DNA of 64,000 nucleotides from Vulcanimicrobiota bacterium (GTDB taxonomy: Bacteria > Vulcanimicrobiota > Vulcanimicrobiia > Vulcanimicrobiales > Vulcanimicrobiaceae): the NCBI GenBank assembly GCA_963733295.1, contig CAVTCS010000005.1, positions 96,001-160,000 of the forward strand, given 5' to 3'. Below the pieces are notes generated by a model, which was given only the letters and a program-made list of their open reading frames with translations, was not told the origin of the DNA and did no database searches. Shown here piece by piece: positions 1 through 11,259 of this stretch (within the stretch, counting starts at the first letter, position 1; each line of letters opens with the position of its first letter). The position numbers and the translations under genes were made by a program.

Positions 1-790
1 GCTCCTCTTCCGCCGCGTGCCAATGGCGCGGACACCACCACTGTCCGGGCGGAATGCGGGCCATTTGGTATCCGAGCCGATCCGCACCGATCGCAAAACC
101 GATTTCGGCATTCGACGAGCGATAACGCTCCGGCGTTCCGTCGGGATCGTTTCTCCAAACCAACTCGTCGAAGTTGATGCGCGAAGCCAGCGCGTCGCCG
201 CGCGCGTCGAGGCAACGGCCGAGCACTTCGTACGCGTCGCCGAACAGGCACGTCCCGTCCCCGGTCAGCAAGTTTCGCGGTTTGAGCATGCGCAAGCGGC
301 GCATCGAGAGGACGGCCCGCGGGGGGTCCGCGAGCTTGTCGTCAGGCATCAAACGGAGCGAACCGGCCGGATTTCCCCACAGCGCATCGCCGACGACGAT
401 CGTTCCGCTCTGGCGAAAGTAGAGCGCGATCTCACCCGGCGTCTTGAGACCCTCGAGCGCGATGACGAGCGCCCCGAGAAAGGATTCGCCGTTCTTCAGC
501 GTGCGGTCGACGGGACCGGACAGAAGCGGCGCGTCACCCTCGCCGGCGACGAGCTTCGCACCGGTGGCAGCTGCCAGGGCGCGAGCGTCGCGCTCGTGAT
601 CGCGATTGGTGATGACGATCCAGGCCAGGCCCTCACGCGCGATCGTGGCGGCGGTGCCCTCGTCGGCCGGAAGCGGATCGATCGCCATGTTCCCGTCGCT
701 CGAGCGTACGAAGAACGAGTTGAAGTAAAGGTTCCGGTCCGCTTGCCAGGCCGACCACATCGAGATTCCATCGACAACCGTCGCTTGCAT
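1..790 (-). CDS. MBL-fold-like domain fused to a C-terminal cupin domain (runs off the left edge)
   Basis: Not in the ORF track. Manual translation from ATG at 790: MQATVVDGISMWSAWQADRNLYFNSFFV...AIDP...IVITNRDHERDA...KTPGE...VVGDAL (degenerate MBL motifs), then CPRHWHAAEEE (cupin HxHxxxE). The frame stays open to the window edge. Confidence 0.75.
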   Translation of the reverse strand, partial: MQATVVDGISMWSAWQADRNLYFNSFFVRSSDGNMAIDPLPADEGTAATIAREGLAWIVITNRDHERDARALAAATGAKLVAGEGDAPLLSGPVDRTLKNGESFLGALVIALEGLKTPGEIALYFRQSGTIVVGDALWGNPAGSLRLMPDDKLADPPRAVLSMRRLRMLKPRNLLTGDGTCLFGDAYEVLGRCLDARGDALASRINFDELVWRNDPDGTPERYRSSNAEIGFAIGADRLGYQMARIPPGQWWCPRHWHAAEEE

Positions 791-868
791 GGGGCCCAGT
801 TCCTGCGCGACACACGAGTGTCCTAGTACCCAAGCGGGCTCCGGGGAAAGCGACTCGAAAACGCCGCG

Positions 869-1663
869 GTGCGCCCTGCTAGAAACCTGTTTTTGCTCTC
901 GGCACTCTTGGTGCTGCCGGCCGTTCTCGCACCCGCAGCCTCGAGCGGCAAGCTCGCCGATTCCGCACCCGCGGACCAATACTTCGGCAAGATCAAGCTG
1001 AGCTTTCTCGGCATCAATAACACCTTTAAGGACACCGCGATCTCAGCCGGCGATCACACGACCGATCCCGCGCTCGCGAGCAAGGTCGATTTTGCAATCG
1101 ACGCGCTGAACGACTGGCAGAGGAAGTTTCCGCGAGATCCACAACTCGCGCGGACCTACTTCCTCGCTCAACTGACGCTCAAGAAACTGTGGATCGAGAA
1201 ATATCAGGATAAGGCGTGGTCGTACATGCGACACATCGTCATCGCATATCCCACCACGTTTTACGCCAGGACGATCAAGGCCGATATCGCCCGCGGTTTC
1301 ACCCGCCACTTCTTCGCGGCGGCAGTTCCCTGCGACGCCGCCGCAACGCCGACGCCCAGCGTTACGACGAACAACGGCAAGTATAAGACGGTGGTTGAAA
1401 CGCCGCCCTGCATCACGCCGAGCCCGTCACCCTCGCCCTCGATCGAGCCGTCGGCAATGCCGTCCGCCGAACCCGGGCTGCCCGCGCCCGCATCGAGCGC
1501 GTCGCCGGCAGCGCCTGCGCCATCCGCCTCGCCTGCAGCGCCTGCGCCGTCCGCCTCGCCTGCAGCACCTGCGCCATCCGCGCCGCCTGCAGCGCCCACG
1601 CCGTCTGCGCCGGCGACGCCGGTCTCATCGACCGTGCCGGCGACGCCGGCCTCGTCGATGTAG
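869..1663 (+). CDS. Secreted hypothetical protein with a Pro/Ala/Ser-rich repetitive tail
   Basis: N-terminal signal peptide (LFLLSALLVLPAVLAPA), helical domain (APADQYFGK...), one Cys pair, PAAPAPSAS repeats. Confidence 0.75.
   Translation: MRPARNLFLLSALLVLPAVLAPAASSGKLADSAPADQYFGKIKLSFLGINNTFKDTAISAGDHTTDPALASKVDFAIDALNDWQRKFPRDPQLARTYFLAQLTLKKLWIEKYQDKAWSYMRHIVIAYPTTFYARTIKADIARGFTRHFFAAAVPCDAAATPTPSVTTNNGKYKTVVETPPCITPSPSPSPSIEPSAMPSAEPGLPAPASSASPAAPAPSASPAAPAPSASPAAPAPSAPPAAPTPSAPATPVSSTVPATPASSM
1504..1611 (+). repeat. In-frame 27-bp tandem repeat (about 4 copies) encoding PAAPAPSAS
   Basis: Imperfect tandem units resembling GCCTGCAGCGCCTGCGCCGTCCGCCTC inside the CDS. Confidence 0.75.
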
Positions 1664-1687
1664 GGCCGCTCCTATCTAGGCTTCGCG

Positions 1688-2278
1688 TTAGGGTGCGGTT
1701 GCGGTTATGAGTTCGTAGAACGGCAGCTGGCGTACCGTAAGGTAAAGCGAAGGTGTCGACGGACGCAAGTCCGGCGACATCGTTTGTCCCGGCCGCGGAT
1801 AGATGTTCGAGAAGTGCGATTCCCGCCCGACGACGTGGCCGGTCGCGTCGAGATAGCGGGTTTCGTCGTCGATCGTGTTCCCGCCGGAACTGGTCTCCAT
1901 CACCCGCGCGAGCGAGCCGCCGGCGCGATAGCAGTAACTGGCGTCGGCGCGAAACTCGAGCGAGCGGGTAGCGATGTCGACGATCCCGATCCGGTCGTCC
2001 ACGTACCAAGCCTTCGCGACCTCGCTATAGATGTTCGGGTCGACTCTGATGCGTTGCAAGATCGCACGATCGGCGACGAGCCAGCCATTCCACGAGTCGC
2101 CGGAAAAGATCCGCGCGAACGTCTGCGGCTCACCGCGCAAGGCAACGTCCGCCGTGTGCGCGCAGGCGGCGTCGGTCGATTTCGCCGGTCCAGTCTGCGG
2201 GGCCGCGCCGGCGCAATAGAGCGTTACCGCGGCTAGCGCGAGCGCGTCGGTCGCAATCCGCCGCAGGCGCTCCGCCAG
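1688..2278 (-). CDS. Hypothetical, probably secreted protein; start uncertain (TTG 2140 in the track, frame open to CTG 2278)
   Basis: The upstream in-frame extension [26 protein letters not shown] looks like a signal peptide and begins just after the uvrB stop. Confidence 0.55.
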   Translation of the reverse strand: MAERLRRIATDALALAAVTLYCAGAAPQTGPAKSTDAACAHTADVALRGEPQTFARIFSGDSWNGWLVADRAILQRIRVDPNIYSEVAKAWYVDDRIGIVDIATRSLEFRADASYCYRAGGSLARVMETSSGGNTIDDETRYLDATGHVVGRESHFSNIYPRPGQTMSPDLRPSTPSLYLTVRQLPFYELITATAP

Positions 2279-2282
2279 GGTC

Positions 2283-4334
2283 CTAATTGCCGACGAGCTC
2301 CCGCAAGGCGTGTTGGAAAATCTTGGGCGCTTTGCCCTGGAAGAGAATGCTTTCGTTCCCGCCGATCTGCTTGCGCAACTCGAGCAACTCGTCGCGCAAG
2401 GCGGCGGCTTTTTCGAACTCGAGATTGCCGGCGGCCTCTCTCATCTTTTTCTCGATGTCGCCGGCCATTGCCAGCGCGATGTCGCGCGGCAGTTTCTCGC
2501 CCCGGAACCTCGAGGCGGCTTCGCTCTCTTGATTCCCCGCTACGAGGTCCAAAATGTCGCGCACTTCCTTGCGAATCGAGTGCGGCTCGATGCCGTGTGC
2601 GGCGTTCCAAGCGGTCTGTTTGTCGCGGCGGCGCTGGGTTTCGCCCAGCGCGCGGGCCATCGACTCGGTCACCGAATCGGCATACATGATGACTTTGCCT
2701 TCGACGTTGCGAGCCGCCCGGCCGATCGTCTGGATCAGCGACGTGCCGCTGCGCAAATAGCCCTCCTTGTCGGCGTCGAGAATGCCGACCAGGGACACCT
2801 CGGGCAAGTCGAGCCCTTCGCGCAAGAGATTGATGCCGACCAGCACGTCGAACAGCCCCTTGCGCAGGTCGCGCATGATCGCGATGCGCTCGAGCGTTTC
2901 GATCTCGCTATGGAGGTAGCGCACCTTGAAACCCATCTCGAGCAAGAAGTCGGTCAGGTCCTCGGCCATCTTCTTCGTCAAGGTCGTGATCAGGACGCGT
3001 TCGTCGCGCTCGACGCGTTGCCGAATCTCTTCCATCAAATCGTCGACTTGATTCTTGGTCGGTCGGACCTCGACTTCGGGATCGACCAAGCCGGTCGGGC
3101 GGATGATCATCTCGACGACTTGGCTCGCTTTCCCCAGCTCGTACGTCCCCGGCGTCGCCGAAACGTAGATCGCCTGGTTCAGGTGGTCGTCGAACTCCGC
3201 GAAGGTAAGGGGACGATTGTCGAGCGCGCTCGGTAAGCGAAAACCGTGCTCCACCAGCACTTCCTTGCGCGAGCGGTCGCCGCCGTGCATGCCGTGGACT
3301 TGCGGCAACGTGACGTGCGACTCGTCGACGAAGAGCAGCCAGTCCTTCGGGAAGAAGTCGAGCAGGCACGACGGCGTCGCGCCCGCCTCACGCCCCGCGA
3401 GATGGCGCGAATAGTTCTCGACGCCATTGCAGTACCCGATCTCGCGCAGCATGTCGAGGTCGTAGCGGGAGCGCATCTCGAGACGCTGAGCTTCGAGCAG
3501 CTTGCCGTTGTCGCGGAAGAACTTCAAGCGCTCGTCGAGTTCGATCTCGATTGCCGTGATCGCGCGGCGCAGCTTCTCGTCCGGTGTGATGAAGTGTTTC
3601 GCGGGGAAGATCGTCAGTTCGTCCTTGCTCTCGACGTACTCGCCGGTCAACAAATTGACGACGTTGATCGCCTCGACTTCGTCGCCGAAGAACTCGATGC
3701 GGTGGACCAGCTCCTCGTCGACGCCGACGAACTCGAGCGTATCGCCGCGCACGCGGAACGTTCCGCGCACGAGGTTGAGATCGTTGCGCCGGTACTGCAT
3801 ATCGACGAGACGCCGTAGGAACACGTCGCGATCGAACGCCTCTCCGACCCGCAGCGTGAACGACATCTCCATGTAGTCGGCCGGCGAACCCAAGCCGTAG
3901 ATGCAGGATACGGAAGCGACGATGAGCGTGTCGGGACGCGTCAGCAACGACTGCGTCGCCGAGTGCCGCAGGCGCTCGATCTCGTCGTTGATCGAGCTGT
4001 CCTTCTCGATGTACGTGTCGGTGTGCGGCATGTACGCTTCGGGCTGATAGTAGTCGAAATACGAGACGAAGTACTCGACGGCGTTGTTCGGGAAGAAATC
4101 GCGAAACTCGGCGCAGAGCTGCGCGGCCAAGAGCTTGTTGTGGCAAAGCACCAGCGTCGGCTTTTGGACGAGTTCGATGACCCGCGCCATCGCCATCGTC
4201 TTGCCGCTGCCGGTGACGCCCAGGAGCGTCTGGCGCGGATCCCCGCGCAGCACGCCCTCGGCCAACGCCTCGGTCGCCGCCGGCTGGTCGCCGGCAAGCG
4301 CGTACGGAGTGACCAGCTGAAAGCCGTCCGACAT
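2283..4334 (-). CDS. uvrB: Excinuclease ABC subunit B
   Basis: GVTGSGKT Walker [19 protein letters not shown]-terminal UVR (FEKAAALRD); AGGAG RBS. Confidence 0.98.
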   Translation of the reverse strand: MSDGFQLVTPYALAGDQPAATEALAEGVLRGDPRQTLLGVTGSGKTMAMARVIELVQKPTLVLCHNKLLAAQLCAEFRDFFPNNAVEYFVSYFDYYQPEAYMPHTDTYIEKDSSINDEIERLRHSATQSLLTRPDTLIVASVSCIYGLGSPADYMEMSFTLRVGEAFDRDVFLRRLVDMQYRRNDLNLVRGTFRVRGDTLEFVGVDEELVHRIEFFGDEVEAINVVNLLTGEYVESKDELTIFPAKHFITPDEKLRRAITAIEIELDERLKFFRDNGKLLEAQRLEMRSRYDLDMLREIGYCNGVENYSRHLAGREAGATPSCLLDFFPKDWLLFVDESHVTLPQVHGMHGGDRSRKEVLVEHGFRLPSALDNRPLTFAEFDDHLNQAIYVSATPGTYELGKASQVVEMIIRPTGLVDPEVEVRPTKNQVDDLMEEIRQRVERDERVLITTLTKKMAEDLTDFLLEMGFKVRYLHSEIETLERIAIMRDLRKGLFDVLVGINLLREGLDLPEVSLVGILDADKEGYLRSGTSLIQTIGRAARNVEGKVIMYADSVTESMARALGETQRRRDKQTAWNAAHGIEPHSIRKEVRDILDLVAGNQESEAASRFRGEKLPRDIALAMAGDIEKKMREAAGNLEFEKAAALRDELLELRKQIGGNESILFQGKAPKIFQHALRELVGN

Positions 4335-4386
4335 GACTCCTACTTCAACACCACCGCGGGAAGCGCCGTTGCGCAGCGGAGCCGCG

Positions 4387-5838
4387 CTAAACGCCGGCGG
4401 TCTGGCGCGAGGGCGCGGGGGGCCGGCGGGTTGGGTGCGCCGGCAATCCGATCGTGAACTTCGAGCCGGTCGCGGGCGAACTCTCGACCGTCAGGCTGCC
4501 GCCCGCACGTTCGATGGCGCGCCGCGCTATCGATAGTCCTAGGCCCGAACCCTCGATCTCGCGCCGGTTGGCGCCGCGGAAAAACCGGTCGAACGCGTGC
4601 CGCGCTTCCTCCGGCGTCATGCCCGGACCCGCGTCGATCACCTCGATCAGAATCTTTCCGCCGTCTTGCCGCACGCGAACGTCGACGGGTCCTTGGGTGT
4701 ATTTCAGCGCGTTGTCGGTGAGGTTGGTGAGAGCTTGCGCGAGGTCGCTCGGATCGATCGCCGCCGAGCCGGCGTTCCCCGCGTGTAAGCGCACGCGCTC
4801 CGAATGCGCCTCGCCGATCGGGGAGACGACGTCTTCGACGAGCTGAACGACGTCGATCACCTCGGCCTGCTCGGCCTCACCGGGCCGTTCCCAGCGCTCG
4901 AGGAGGATCAACTTGTCGATGAGCGAGCCCATGACCAAACTCTGCCGGCCGATCGCGTCGAGGATCCGTTCTTGATCGCGCGTGTCGCGCAGGTCGCCCT
5001 GGCGCAAGATCGCCGTGAAGCCGCGAATGACCGTCAAGGGCGTGCGCAGCTGGTGGCCCGCATCGGCGATGAACTGGCGCATTCCGGCTTGAGCGCGTTC
5101 GCGCTCGGCGAAAGCCCGCGCCACTTGCTCGATCGCACCGTTATAGGCGACGGCGAGTGCGTCGAGACGATGCCGTCCGTCGATAGCGACGGGTTGCGGC
5201 GTCAGATCGCCTGAAGCGAAACGTTCGAGCGCGGCGGTGACGTCGGCCAACGGACGCAGCGCTTCGCGGGTCAACAGCCGAGCCAGAACGAAACCGAACG
5301 CGAGCGCGGCCAGTTCCGCGAGAACGAGCCACGGTAAGAACGGGCCGACGGCCGCCACGACGGCCGAATCGGATGCACGCACGATGACGCTGATCTTGCC
5401 GAATTGCGTTTGCACCGGGGTGAGGCCGTAGAGCGTCGCGAGCCCGACCAGCAGTTGCGCCGGTAAACCGTTCGGATTCGAGATCTTGACGTGGCTGCGA
5501 TCGGTGAGCGTCACGGTTGCGCTCGGATGGCTGGGGTCCGCGCCCGAGCGGTTCCAGCGGATGTCCGCGCGTCGCGTCGGGTCGAGCACGGTCATCAGCG
5601 CCAGCGGCCGCACCAGGCGCGAGGCAACGCCGTTCGCCAATTCCTCCGCGTTGCGCGGCGTCCCGTGCAGAACGGCATACGCGCGAACCTCGTCGAGCGT
5701 ATCGTTCAACTGCGCTCCGAGACTGCGAACGTAAACCCAATAGAGCGCAAGCGCGAGCGCTGCGATCAAGACCGTCATCGTGCCTGCGATCGCGACGGTC
5801 GAGAAAACGAGCGCCCGCCGCTCGAAGGAGACGTTCAC
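4387..5838 (-). CDS. HAMP-domain sensor histidine kinase
   Basis: Two TM segments, HAMP, H-box [31 protein letters not shown]. The GTG start overlaps the regulator stop (GTGA). Confidence 0.93.
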   Translation of the reverse strand: MNVSFERRALVFSTVAIAGTMTVLIAALALALYWVYVRSLGAQLNDTLDEVRAYAVLHGTPRNAEELANGVASRLVRPLALMTVLDPTRRADIRWNRSGADPSHPSATVTLTDRSHVKISNPNGLPAQLLVGLATLYGLTPVQTQFGKISVIVRASDSAVVAAVGPFLPWLVLAELAALAFGFVLARLLTREALRPLADVTAALERFASGDLTPQPVAIDGRHRLDALAVAYNGAIEQVARAFAERERAQAGMRQFIADAGHQLRTPLTVIRGFTAILRQGDLRDTRDQERILDAIGRQSLVMGSLIDKLILLERWERPGEAEQAEVIDVVQLVEDVVSPIGEAHSERVRLHAGNAGSAAIDPSDLAQALTNLTDNALKYTQGPVDVRVRQDGGKILIEVIDAGPGMTPEEARHAFDRFFRGANRREIEGSGLGLSIARRAIERAGGSLTVESSPATGSKFTIGLPAHPTRRPPAPSRQTAGV

Positions 5839-6524
5839 CGCGGCGCGGAGCGCAACGTGTAACCGACGCCGCGCAGGGTCTGGATCAAACGGACCGGCTC
5901 GCCGCTGTCGATTTTGGCGCGCAGGTACGAGATGTAACTTTCGACGGTGTTCGGGACGATGTCGCGATCGACGCCCCACACGAGATCGAGCAGTTCCGAA
6001 CGGCTGAAAACGCGCTCAGGATTGCGCACGAAGGTCAGCAGCAGATCGAACTCGCGCGTCGACAAGTCGACCCGGCGCGCGCCGCGGAAAACCGCGCGGC
6101 GGGCCAAATCGACCGTCAGGTCCGCGTAGGTGAAGGTTTGGCGTAGCTCGAGCCTGGGCCGGCGCAAGGCCGAATTCAGCCGCGCGACCAGCTCCTCGAG
6201 CTCGAAGGGCTTGCTGAGGTAGTCGTCAGCACCCCGCGCCAGGCCGCTCACTTTGTCGCTCGTCTCGCTGCGTGCGCTAAGCATGACGATTGGCACTTCG
6301 GTCACGCGGCGAAGGGCAGGCAAGAGCGTAATCCCGTCGATTTCGGGCAGCATGACGTCCAGAACGATGATGTCCGGGCGCCAGGAACGCACGACGTCCA
6401 GCGCCGTCCGCCCTTCGGGGACGCTGCGAACTGCGAATCCGGCCCGGTCGAGCCCGTACTCGAGCATATCTCGAATCGCCGCCTCGTCGTCGACGACGAG
6501 AACCTTGGCGCCAAGCGACTCCAT
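5835..6524 (-). CDS. OmpR/PhoB-family response regulator (MprA-like)
   Basis: VLVVDDE, LDVMLP, KPF, winged helix ending IQTLRGVGY; ATG at 6524. Confidence 0.95.
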   Translation of the reverse strand: MESLGAKVLVVDDEAAIRDMLEYGLDRAGFAVRSVPEGRTALDVVRSWRPDIIVLDVMLPEIDGITLLPALRRVTEVPIVMLSARSETSDKVSGLARGADDYLSKPFELEELVARLNSALRRPRLELRQTFTYADLTVDLARRAVFRGARRVDLSTREFDLLLTFVRNPERVFSRSELLDLVWGVDRDIVPNTVESYISYLRAKIDSGEPVRLIQTLRGVGYTLRSAPR

Positions 6525-6619
6525 TACCTTACAGTACGCCGCTAAGCTGGGATTCGACTTGCGGCCTTCCCAGGCTCCGTACAGGACGCCCGGCCGTCCT
6601 GCCCTTACCATGGAGGTCC

Positions 6620-7900
6620 ATGCTTCGCCAGATCCGCGCCGCCCGCAGCCCGGCAGCCGGCGCAGTCGCGCTTTCGCTGGCGCTCGTGCTTGCCGGCTGC
6701 GGCAAAACCGCTCCAAAAGCGCAGCCGCCGCCGTACGTCGCAACCGATGTCGCGCAGCAGGGTACCATCCGGCCGATCGAAATGCTGCCCGGCATTATCG
6801 CGCCTTATCAAAACGTCGCGATCCAATCGACGTTGACCGAGGCCGCCGACACGGTCAACGTCCAGGAGGGCGACACGGTGCACAAGGGCGAGCTGCTCGC
6901 GCAGCTCGACACCGCGGACCTCGTTGCCGCCTTGAATAACGACCTCGCGACGGCGGACAGCGCGAAGGCGAACACGCTTCACTCGACCTATCAGGGCTCG
7001 CTTTCCATCGACCAGGGAGTCGATGCGCTGCGCAGCGCGGAAAGCGCGGTACGGCAAGCCGACGAAACGCTCGCGCGAGATACGATCGACCTGGGCCGCG
7101 ATCGGCAACTCGTGACGCAGGGCTACGTGGCGGAGCAAACGTACCGCGACCAGATCACGACGGTGCGCAACGACCAACAGGCCGTCAAGGCGGCTCACGC
7201 TGCACTGTCAAGCGCGCAGTCCAACGTGGTGGCAAACGGAACGCTCGGTTCGGGCGGTTTGCAATCCAGCAGCATCGCGCAGGCGCGCGCGCAGCAAGAG
7301 GCTGCGCTCGCCGAAGCTCAGCAAGAGCGAGTGCAGATTGCGAAGGCCTCGATCTACTCACCTATCGACGGCGTCGTCGTCAATCGCAATTTCAACAAGG
7401 GCGAGTATCCCGGCAACCGTCAGCTGTTCACGCTGCAGCAGGTCGACCCCGTTTTCGCGATCCTACGCGGGTCGGGCGCGCAGATCGCACAGATCGCGAA
7501 CGGCGCGGGCGCGACGGTCGTGGCATCCGATCTCCACGGCGCGCAGCTGCAAGGAAGCGTGATCGGCGTGCTCAATCAGATCGCCCCGGGCTCGACCGAT
7601 TTTCAGGTAAAGGTGTTGCTCGCGAACCACCAGGGACGGTTGCGGCCGGGTATGGCGGTCGTCGGGCACATCGACCTTCCTGTCGCTCGCGGCGTGTTGG
7701 TTCCCACGACCGCATTCACCGACGACAACCACACGCAGGTTCTGACCGTCTCGGCCGAGGGCGTGGTGCGCACTGCGGGCGTCAAAGAGATCGCCGACGA
7801 CAATCGGAGCTCCGTCGTAACCGGAATCCCGGCCGGGACGCGCGTGATCCGCGACGGACAGACGAGCGTCGGCGACGGGCAGAAAGTCGCCATCAGATGA
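6620..7900 (+). CDS. RND efflux periplasmic adaptor (membrane fusion lipoprotein)
   Basis: Lipobox LAGC, lipoyl halves (V.EGD.VHKGELLAQLD / IYSPIDGVV), LRPGM; GGAGG RBS. Confidence 0.93.
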   Translation: MLRQIRAARSPAAGAVALSLALVLAGCGKTAPKAQPPPYVATDVAQQGTIRPIEMLPGIIAPYQNVAIQSTLTEAADTVNVQEGDTVHKGELLAQLDTADLVAALNNDLATADSAKANTLHSTYQGSLSIDQGVDALRSAESAVRQADETLARDTIDLGRDRQLVTQGYVAEQTYRDQITTVRNDQQAVKAAHAALSSAQSNVVANGTLGSGGLQSSSIAQARAQQEAALAEAQQERVQIAKASIYSPIDGVVVNRNFNKGEYPGNRQLFTLQQVDPVFAILRGSGAQIAQIANGAGATVVASDLHGAQLQGSVIGVLNQIAPGSTDFQVKVLLANHQGRLRPGMAVVGHIDLPVARGVLVPTTAFTDDNHTQVLTVSAEGVVRTAGVKEIADDNRSSVVTGIPAGTRVIRDGQTSVGDGQKVAIR

Positions 7901-10900
7901 GCCTCACTCGTCTCTTCATCAAGCGGCCGACGCTCGTCTTCGTAATCATTGCCTTGATGACGTTTGGCGGCATTCTTTCGGTCGTGACGATCGTCAAACA
8001 ACTCTATCCCAACGTGACGCAGCCGACGATCTCGATTCAGGTGTTCTACAACGGCGCATCGGTTTCGGTGATGCGCGACAACATCGTCGCACCGATCGAA
8101 CAAAATCTGGCCGGCTCGACTGACCTTCAAACGATCAATTCGGTGGTACAGCAAGGCCGTGCGACCATCTCGGCGGTCTACACGCTTGGTTCGGACGTAG
8201 CGACCGACTTGACGCTCACGCAAAAAGCCGTCCAGAACGCTTCGAAGAATCTGCCCACGAATATCACGCCGCCAACGGTTTCGATCAACGACCCGAGCGA
8301 ATCCACCGTCATTACGCTGGCTCTGTTCTCGAAGAAGCTCTCGCTCGGGCAGCTCTCGCTCTACGCCGATAACGTCATCGGGCCGGCGATCCAGCAAATT
8401 CCGGGCGTCTCGTTCGCGAACATCATCGGTGACGTTACGCCGGCCTACGAGGTCGAGGTCGATCCGTACAAGCTCTTGGCCCAGGGCCTGACCCTGACCG
8501 ACGTCATCAACGCGGTCGGCAACCAGAACAATCGCGTTCCCGGCGGAATCGCCTACGAACCGAATCGCGAGACTACGATCGACGTTCGCGGCGACATCAC
8601 CAACCTCGATTCGGTGAAACGGCTGCCGATCGCGCCGCCCAGCGTGTCGTCGTCGAACGGAAGCCAGACCGCGGGCCAGATCAACGATCCGTTCGGCGGC
8701 GTCTCGGCGCTCCCAGGGGGCATCGACCCGTGGACGGCGAGCAACTCGTTGCGGCGGGTCCAAGACGTCGCTCACGTGGTCGCCGGATACGAGCCCATTC
8801 GGCGCTTCGCGCAAGTGAACGGACGTTCCGGACTCTTCATTTCGATTCAGAAGGCTTCGGACGCGAGCGAGCTCGACGCCTCGGAAAACGTGCTCAAGCA
8901 TCTGCCCCTCTTGAAGCGCCAGTTCCCCGATATCGACTTCGATATCGTCAACACGCAGTCGCGCTTCACGCGGCAACAGATCGAATTGGTTTCGCGCACG
9001 TTGATGGAGAGCATCCTGCTCACCGGGCTCGCGATGGTGTTCTTCCTGCGCTCGTGGCGCAACGCACTGGTGGTGTGCGTTTCGATACCGACCTCGCTCG
9101 CTATCGCCCTGACCACGATGAAGCTCATGGGGCTGACGCTCGACACGATTTCGCTCCTGGCGATGTCGCTCGTCATCGGCATCCTGGTCGACGACTCGAC
9201 GGTAGTGCTGGAGAACATCGAACGCCATCACGAAGAGCTCGGCGAAGCGCCCGAGGATGCTGCCGTCCGCGGACGCGAGGAGATCGGAGCGGCTGCGGTT
9301 GTGATCACGCTCGTCGACGTCGTCGTTTTCTTCCCGATCGCATTTATCGGGGGCCAGGTCGGTCGCAATCTCAACGAATTCGCGGTCGTGGTCGTCATCT
9401 CGACGCTGACCTCGCTGTTCGTCTCGTTCACGATCACGCCCACGCTTGCCGGCCTTTGGGCGCTGAAGTCGCGCTGGAAGCCCTGGCCCATCGTCGACTG
9501 GTTCACGCGGGTTTTCGATGGGACGCGGAGCCTCTACGCACATCGGATTCTGCCTTGGGCGCTCGGCCACGGCGGCCTCGTTGCCGCGCTCTGCGCGCTC
9601 TCGTTCGTCGGATCGATCGCGCTCGTGCCGCTCGGCGTGGTCGGTGAGGAATTCATTCCCGCGACGGATCGCGGTGAGATCTTCATCCAGGTCACCTATC
9701 CAACCGGTACGCCGGTCTTCCAGGTGCGCGACGGCGTCTTCAACCTCGCAAATCAGATCGGTAAGATTTCCGATGCGGGCTCCGAGATCACGAGCGCAGG
9801 CGGCTACTCGGCGGCTTTCGGCGGTTACGTCTTGCTCGGGAACGTGGGCCAGATTCACATCTTCCTTAGAGACGACCGCAAGCACCCGACGGACTACTGG
9901 GTAACAAAGCTACGCGACCTCGCTCGCAAAACGCTTCCCGGTATCTCGACGTACGTCGTGCCTTCGACCTCGAGCGGCGGAGGCAACCAGCAGCCGATCG
10001 ATTTGCTCGTTTCGGACGTGACCGGAAACGACCCAACGGCGGCCGCCGAAAGGGTCTTCGGGCTCCTGCAGAAGACGCCGGGCGCAACCAGCGTGAACAG
10101 CTCGGGCACGCAGCTCGCACCGCAGGTTTCCGTCCAGTTCGATCGCGCAAAAGCGCAAGCGCTCGACGTCGACATCGGCAACGCGGCGCAAGCGGCGGGC
10201 GCCGCCTTCGGCGGCGACGTGGTCACGCAGTTCGAGACGCCGCAGGGGCTCGAGGAAGTTCAGGTCATCTATCCGCTGACCGAACAGACCGAGCTCGATT
10301 CCATCGCCAACATTCCAATCCGCGCCAACAACGGCTCGATCGTCCATCTCAGCGACATCGCGACCTTCAAGCAGGAGCCGACCGCTCCGCTCGTGACGCG
10401 GACCGATCGCAACACGGTCATCCACGTCGACGCAAACTTTGCGCCGGGATCCTCGCTCTCGACGGTCGAGAATGCATTCTTCAAGCGGCTGCCGTCATTG
10501 CACTTGTCGCCCAGCATTGTCGTCCGGCCTGCGCCGCTCGGGCAACAAGACTTCATGCGCCAGACGCTCAACGGTCTCGGGCAGTCGATGATTCTGTCCG
10601 TCGTGCTGGTCTTCTTGTTGATGGTGGCGCTCTACAACAGCTACCGTTCGCCGTTCATCATCTTGTTTTCGGTCCCGGTCGCCGCCGTCGGCGCGATCGG
10701 AGCGCTGCTCATCACGGGCAAGACGCTCAACCTGTTCTCACTTATCGGCACGATCTTGCTCATCGGAATCGCGACGAAGAACGGCGTCCTACTCGTCGAC
10801 TACGCCAACACGCTGCGCTCGCGCGGTTTGGACGAACTCGCCGCCATCAAGGAAAGTGCGTTCACGCGTTTTAGGCCGATCGTGATGACGAGCTTCTCCG

Positions 10901-11136
10901 TGATGGCGGGCAACCTGCCCCTCGCGCTCGCCCTCGAACCGGGTTCGAGCGCCCGTTCGAGCCTCGGCATCGTCGTGATCGGGGGGGTCTTCAGTTCGCT
11001 CATCCTGACCCTGTTACTCGTGCCGAACGCTTATCTTTGGCTAGCGCCCAAGGACCTCAAGCCCCCGAAGCCGAGCGAGTCCGTGCCGCCGAGCTTCGAG
11101 CACGCACCTGGAACGCCGGCGACAGCAGGCGTCTAA
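7897..11136 (+). CDS. RND efflux permease (AcrB/HAE1 family)
   Basis: 1079 aa with GILVDDSTVVLEN, KNGVLLVD and RFRPIVMT proton-relay motifs; ATGA overlap with the adaptor gene. Confidence 0.95.
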   Translation: MSLTRLFIKRPTLVFVIIALMTFGGILSVVTIVKQLYPNVTQPTISIQVFYNGASVSVMRDNIVAPIEQNLAGSTDLQTINSVVQQGRATISAVYTLGSDVATDLTLTQKAVQNASKNLPTNITPPTVSINDPSESTVITLALFSKKLSLGQLSLYADNVIGPAIQQIPGVSFANIIGDVTPAYEVEVDPYKLLAQGLTLTDVINAVGNQNNRVPGGIAYEPNRETTIDVRGDITNLDSVKRLPIAPPSVSSSNGSQTAGQINDPFGGVSALPGGIDPWTASNSLRRVQDVAHVVAGYEPIRRFAQVNGRSGLFISIQKASDASELDASENVLKHLPLLKRQFPDIDFDIVNTQSRFTRQQIELVSRTLMESILLTGLAMVFFLRSWRNALVVCVSIPTSLAIALTTMKLMGLTLDTISLLAMSLVIGILVDDSTVVLENIERHHEELGEAPEDAAVRGREEIGAAAVVITLVDVVVFFPIAFIGGQVGRNLNEFAVVVVISTLTSLFVSFTITPTLAGLWALKSRWKPWPIVDWFTRVFDGTRSLYAHRILPWALGHGGLVAALCALSFVGSIALVPLGVVGEEFIPATDRGEIFIQVTYPTGTPVFQVRDGVFNLANQIGKISDAGSEITSAGGYSAAFGGYVLLGNVGQIHIFLRDDRKHPTDYWVTKLRDLARKTLPGISTYVVPSTSSGGGNQQPIDLLVSDVTGNDPTAAAERVFGLLQKTPGATSVNSSGTQLAPQVSVQFDRAKAQALDVDIGNAAQAAGAAFGGDVVTQFETPQGLEEVQVIYPLTEQTELDSIANIPIRANNGSIVHLSDIATFKQEPTAPLVTRTDRNTVIHVDANFAPGSSLSTVENAFFKRLPSLHLSPSIVVRPAPLGQQDFMRQTLNGLGQSMILSVVLVFLLMVALYNSYRSPFIILFSVPVAAVGAIGALLITGKTLNLFSLIGTILLIGIATKNGVLLVDYANTLRSRGLDELAAIKESAFTRFRPIVMTSFSVMAGNLPLALALEPGSSARSSLGIVVIGGVFSSLILTLLLVPNAYLWLAPKDLKPPKPSESVPPSFEHAPGTPATAGV

Positions 11137-11155
11137 AGAGCCCCCGCCGCCTCTG

Positions 11156-11253
11156 CTACCGGGAGAGCCGTGCGGTTTTAGGGAAACCTGAGAGTGCGCC
11201 TCACGGCGCCCGCCCATCGTCGCGAGACCTCGGTCTCCCCGGAAGGTAGGAGC
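11156..11253 (+). promoter_or_regulatory. Putative structured 5' leader RNA of the prs-rplY-pth operon
   Basis: Nested pairings CTACC/GGTAG, GGGAGA/TCTCCC, GCCGTG/CACGGC and TTAGG-GAAA-CCTGA, plus a competing GAGAC-CTCG-GTCTC hairpin. The outer stem covers the SD. Confidence 0.4.
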
Positions 11254-11259
11254 GTGACC

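Noticed and set aside
1504..1611. CRISPR-like repeat array
   Set aside because: Contiguous in-frame 27-bp units without spacers encode a Pro/Ala linker; no cas genes.
11156..11253. Assignment of the prs leader to a known riboswitch (cobalamin, ZTP, glycine)
   Set aside because: Only fragmentary motif similarity; core conserved elements are missing, so it is left unassigned.
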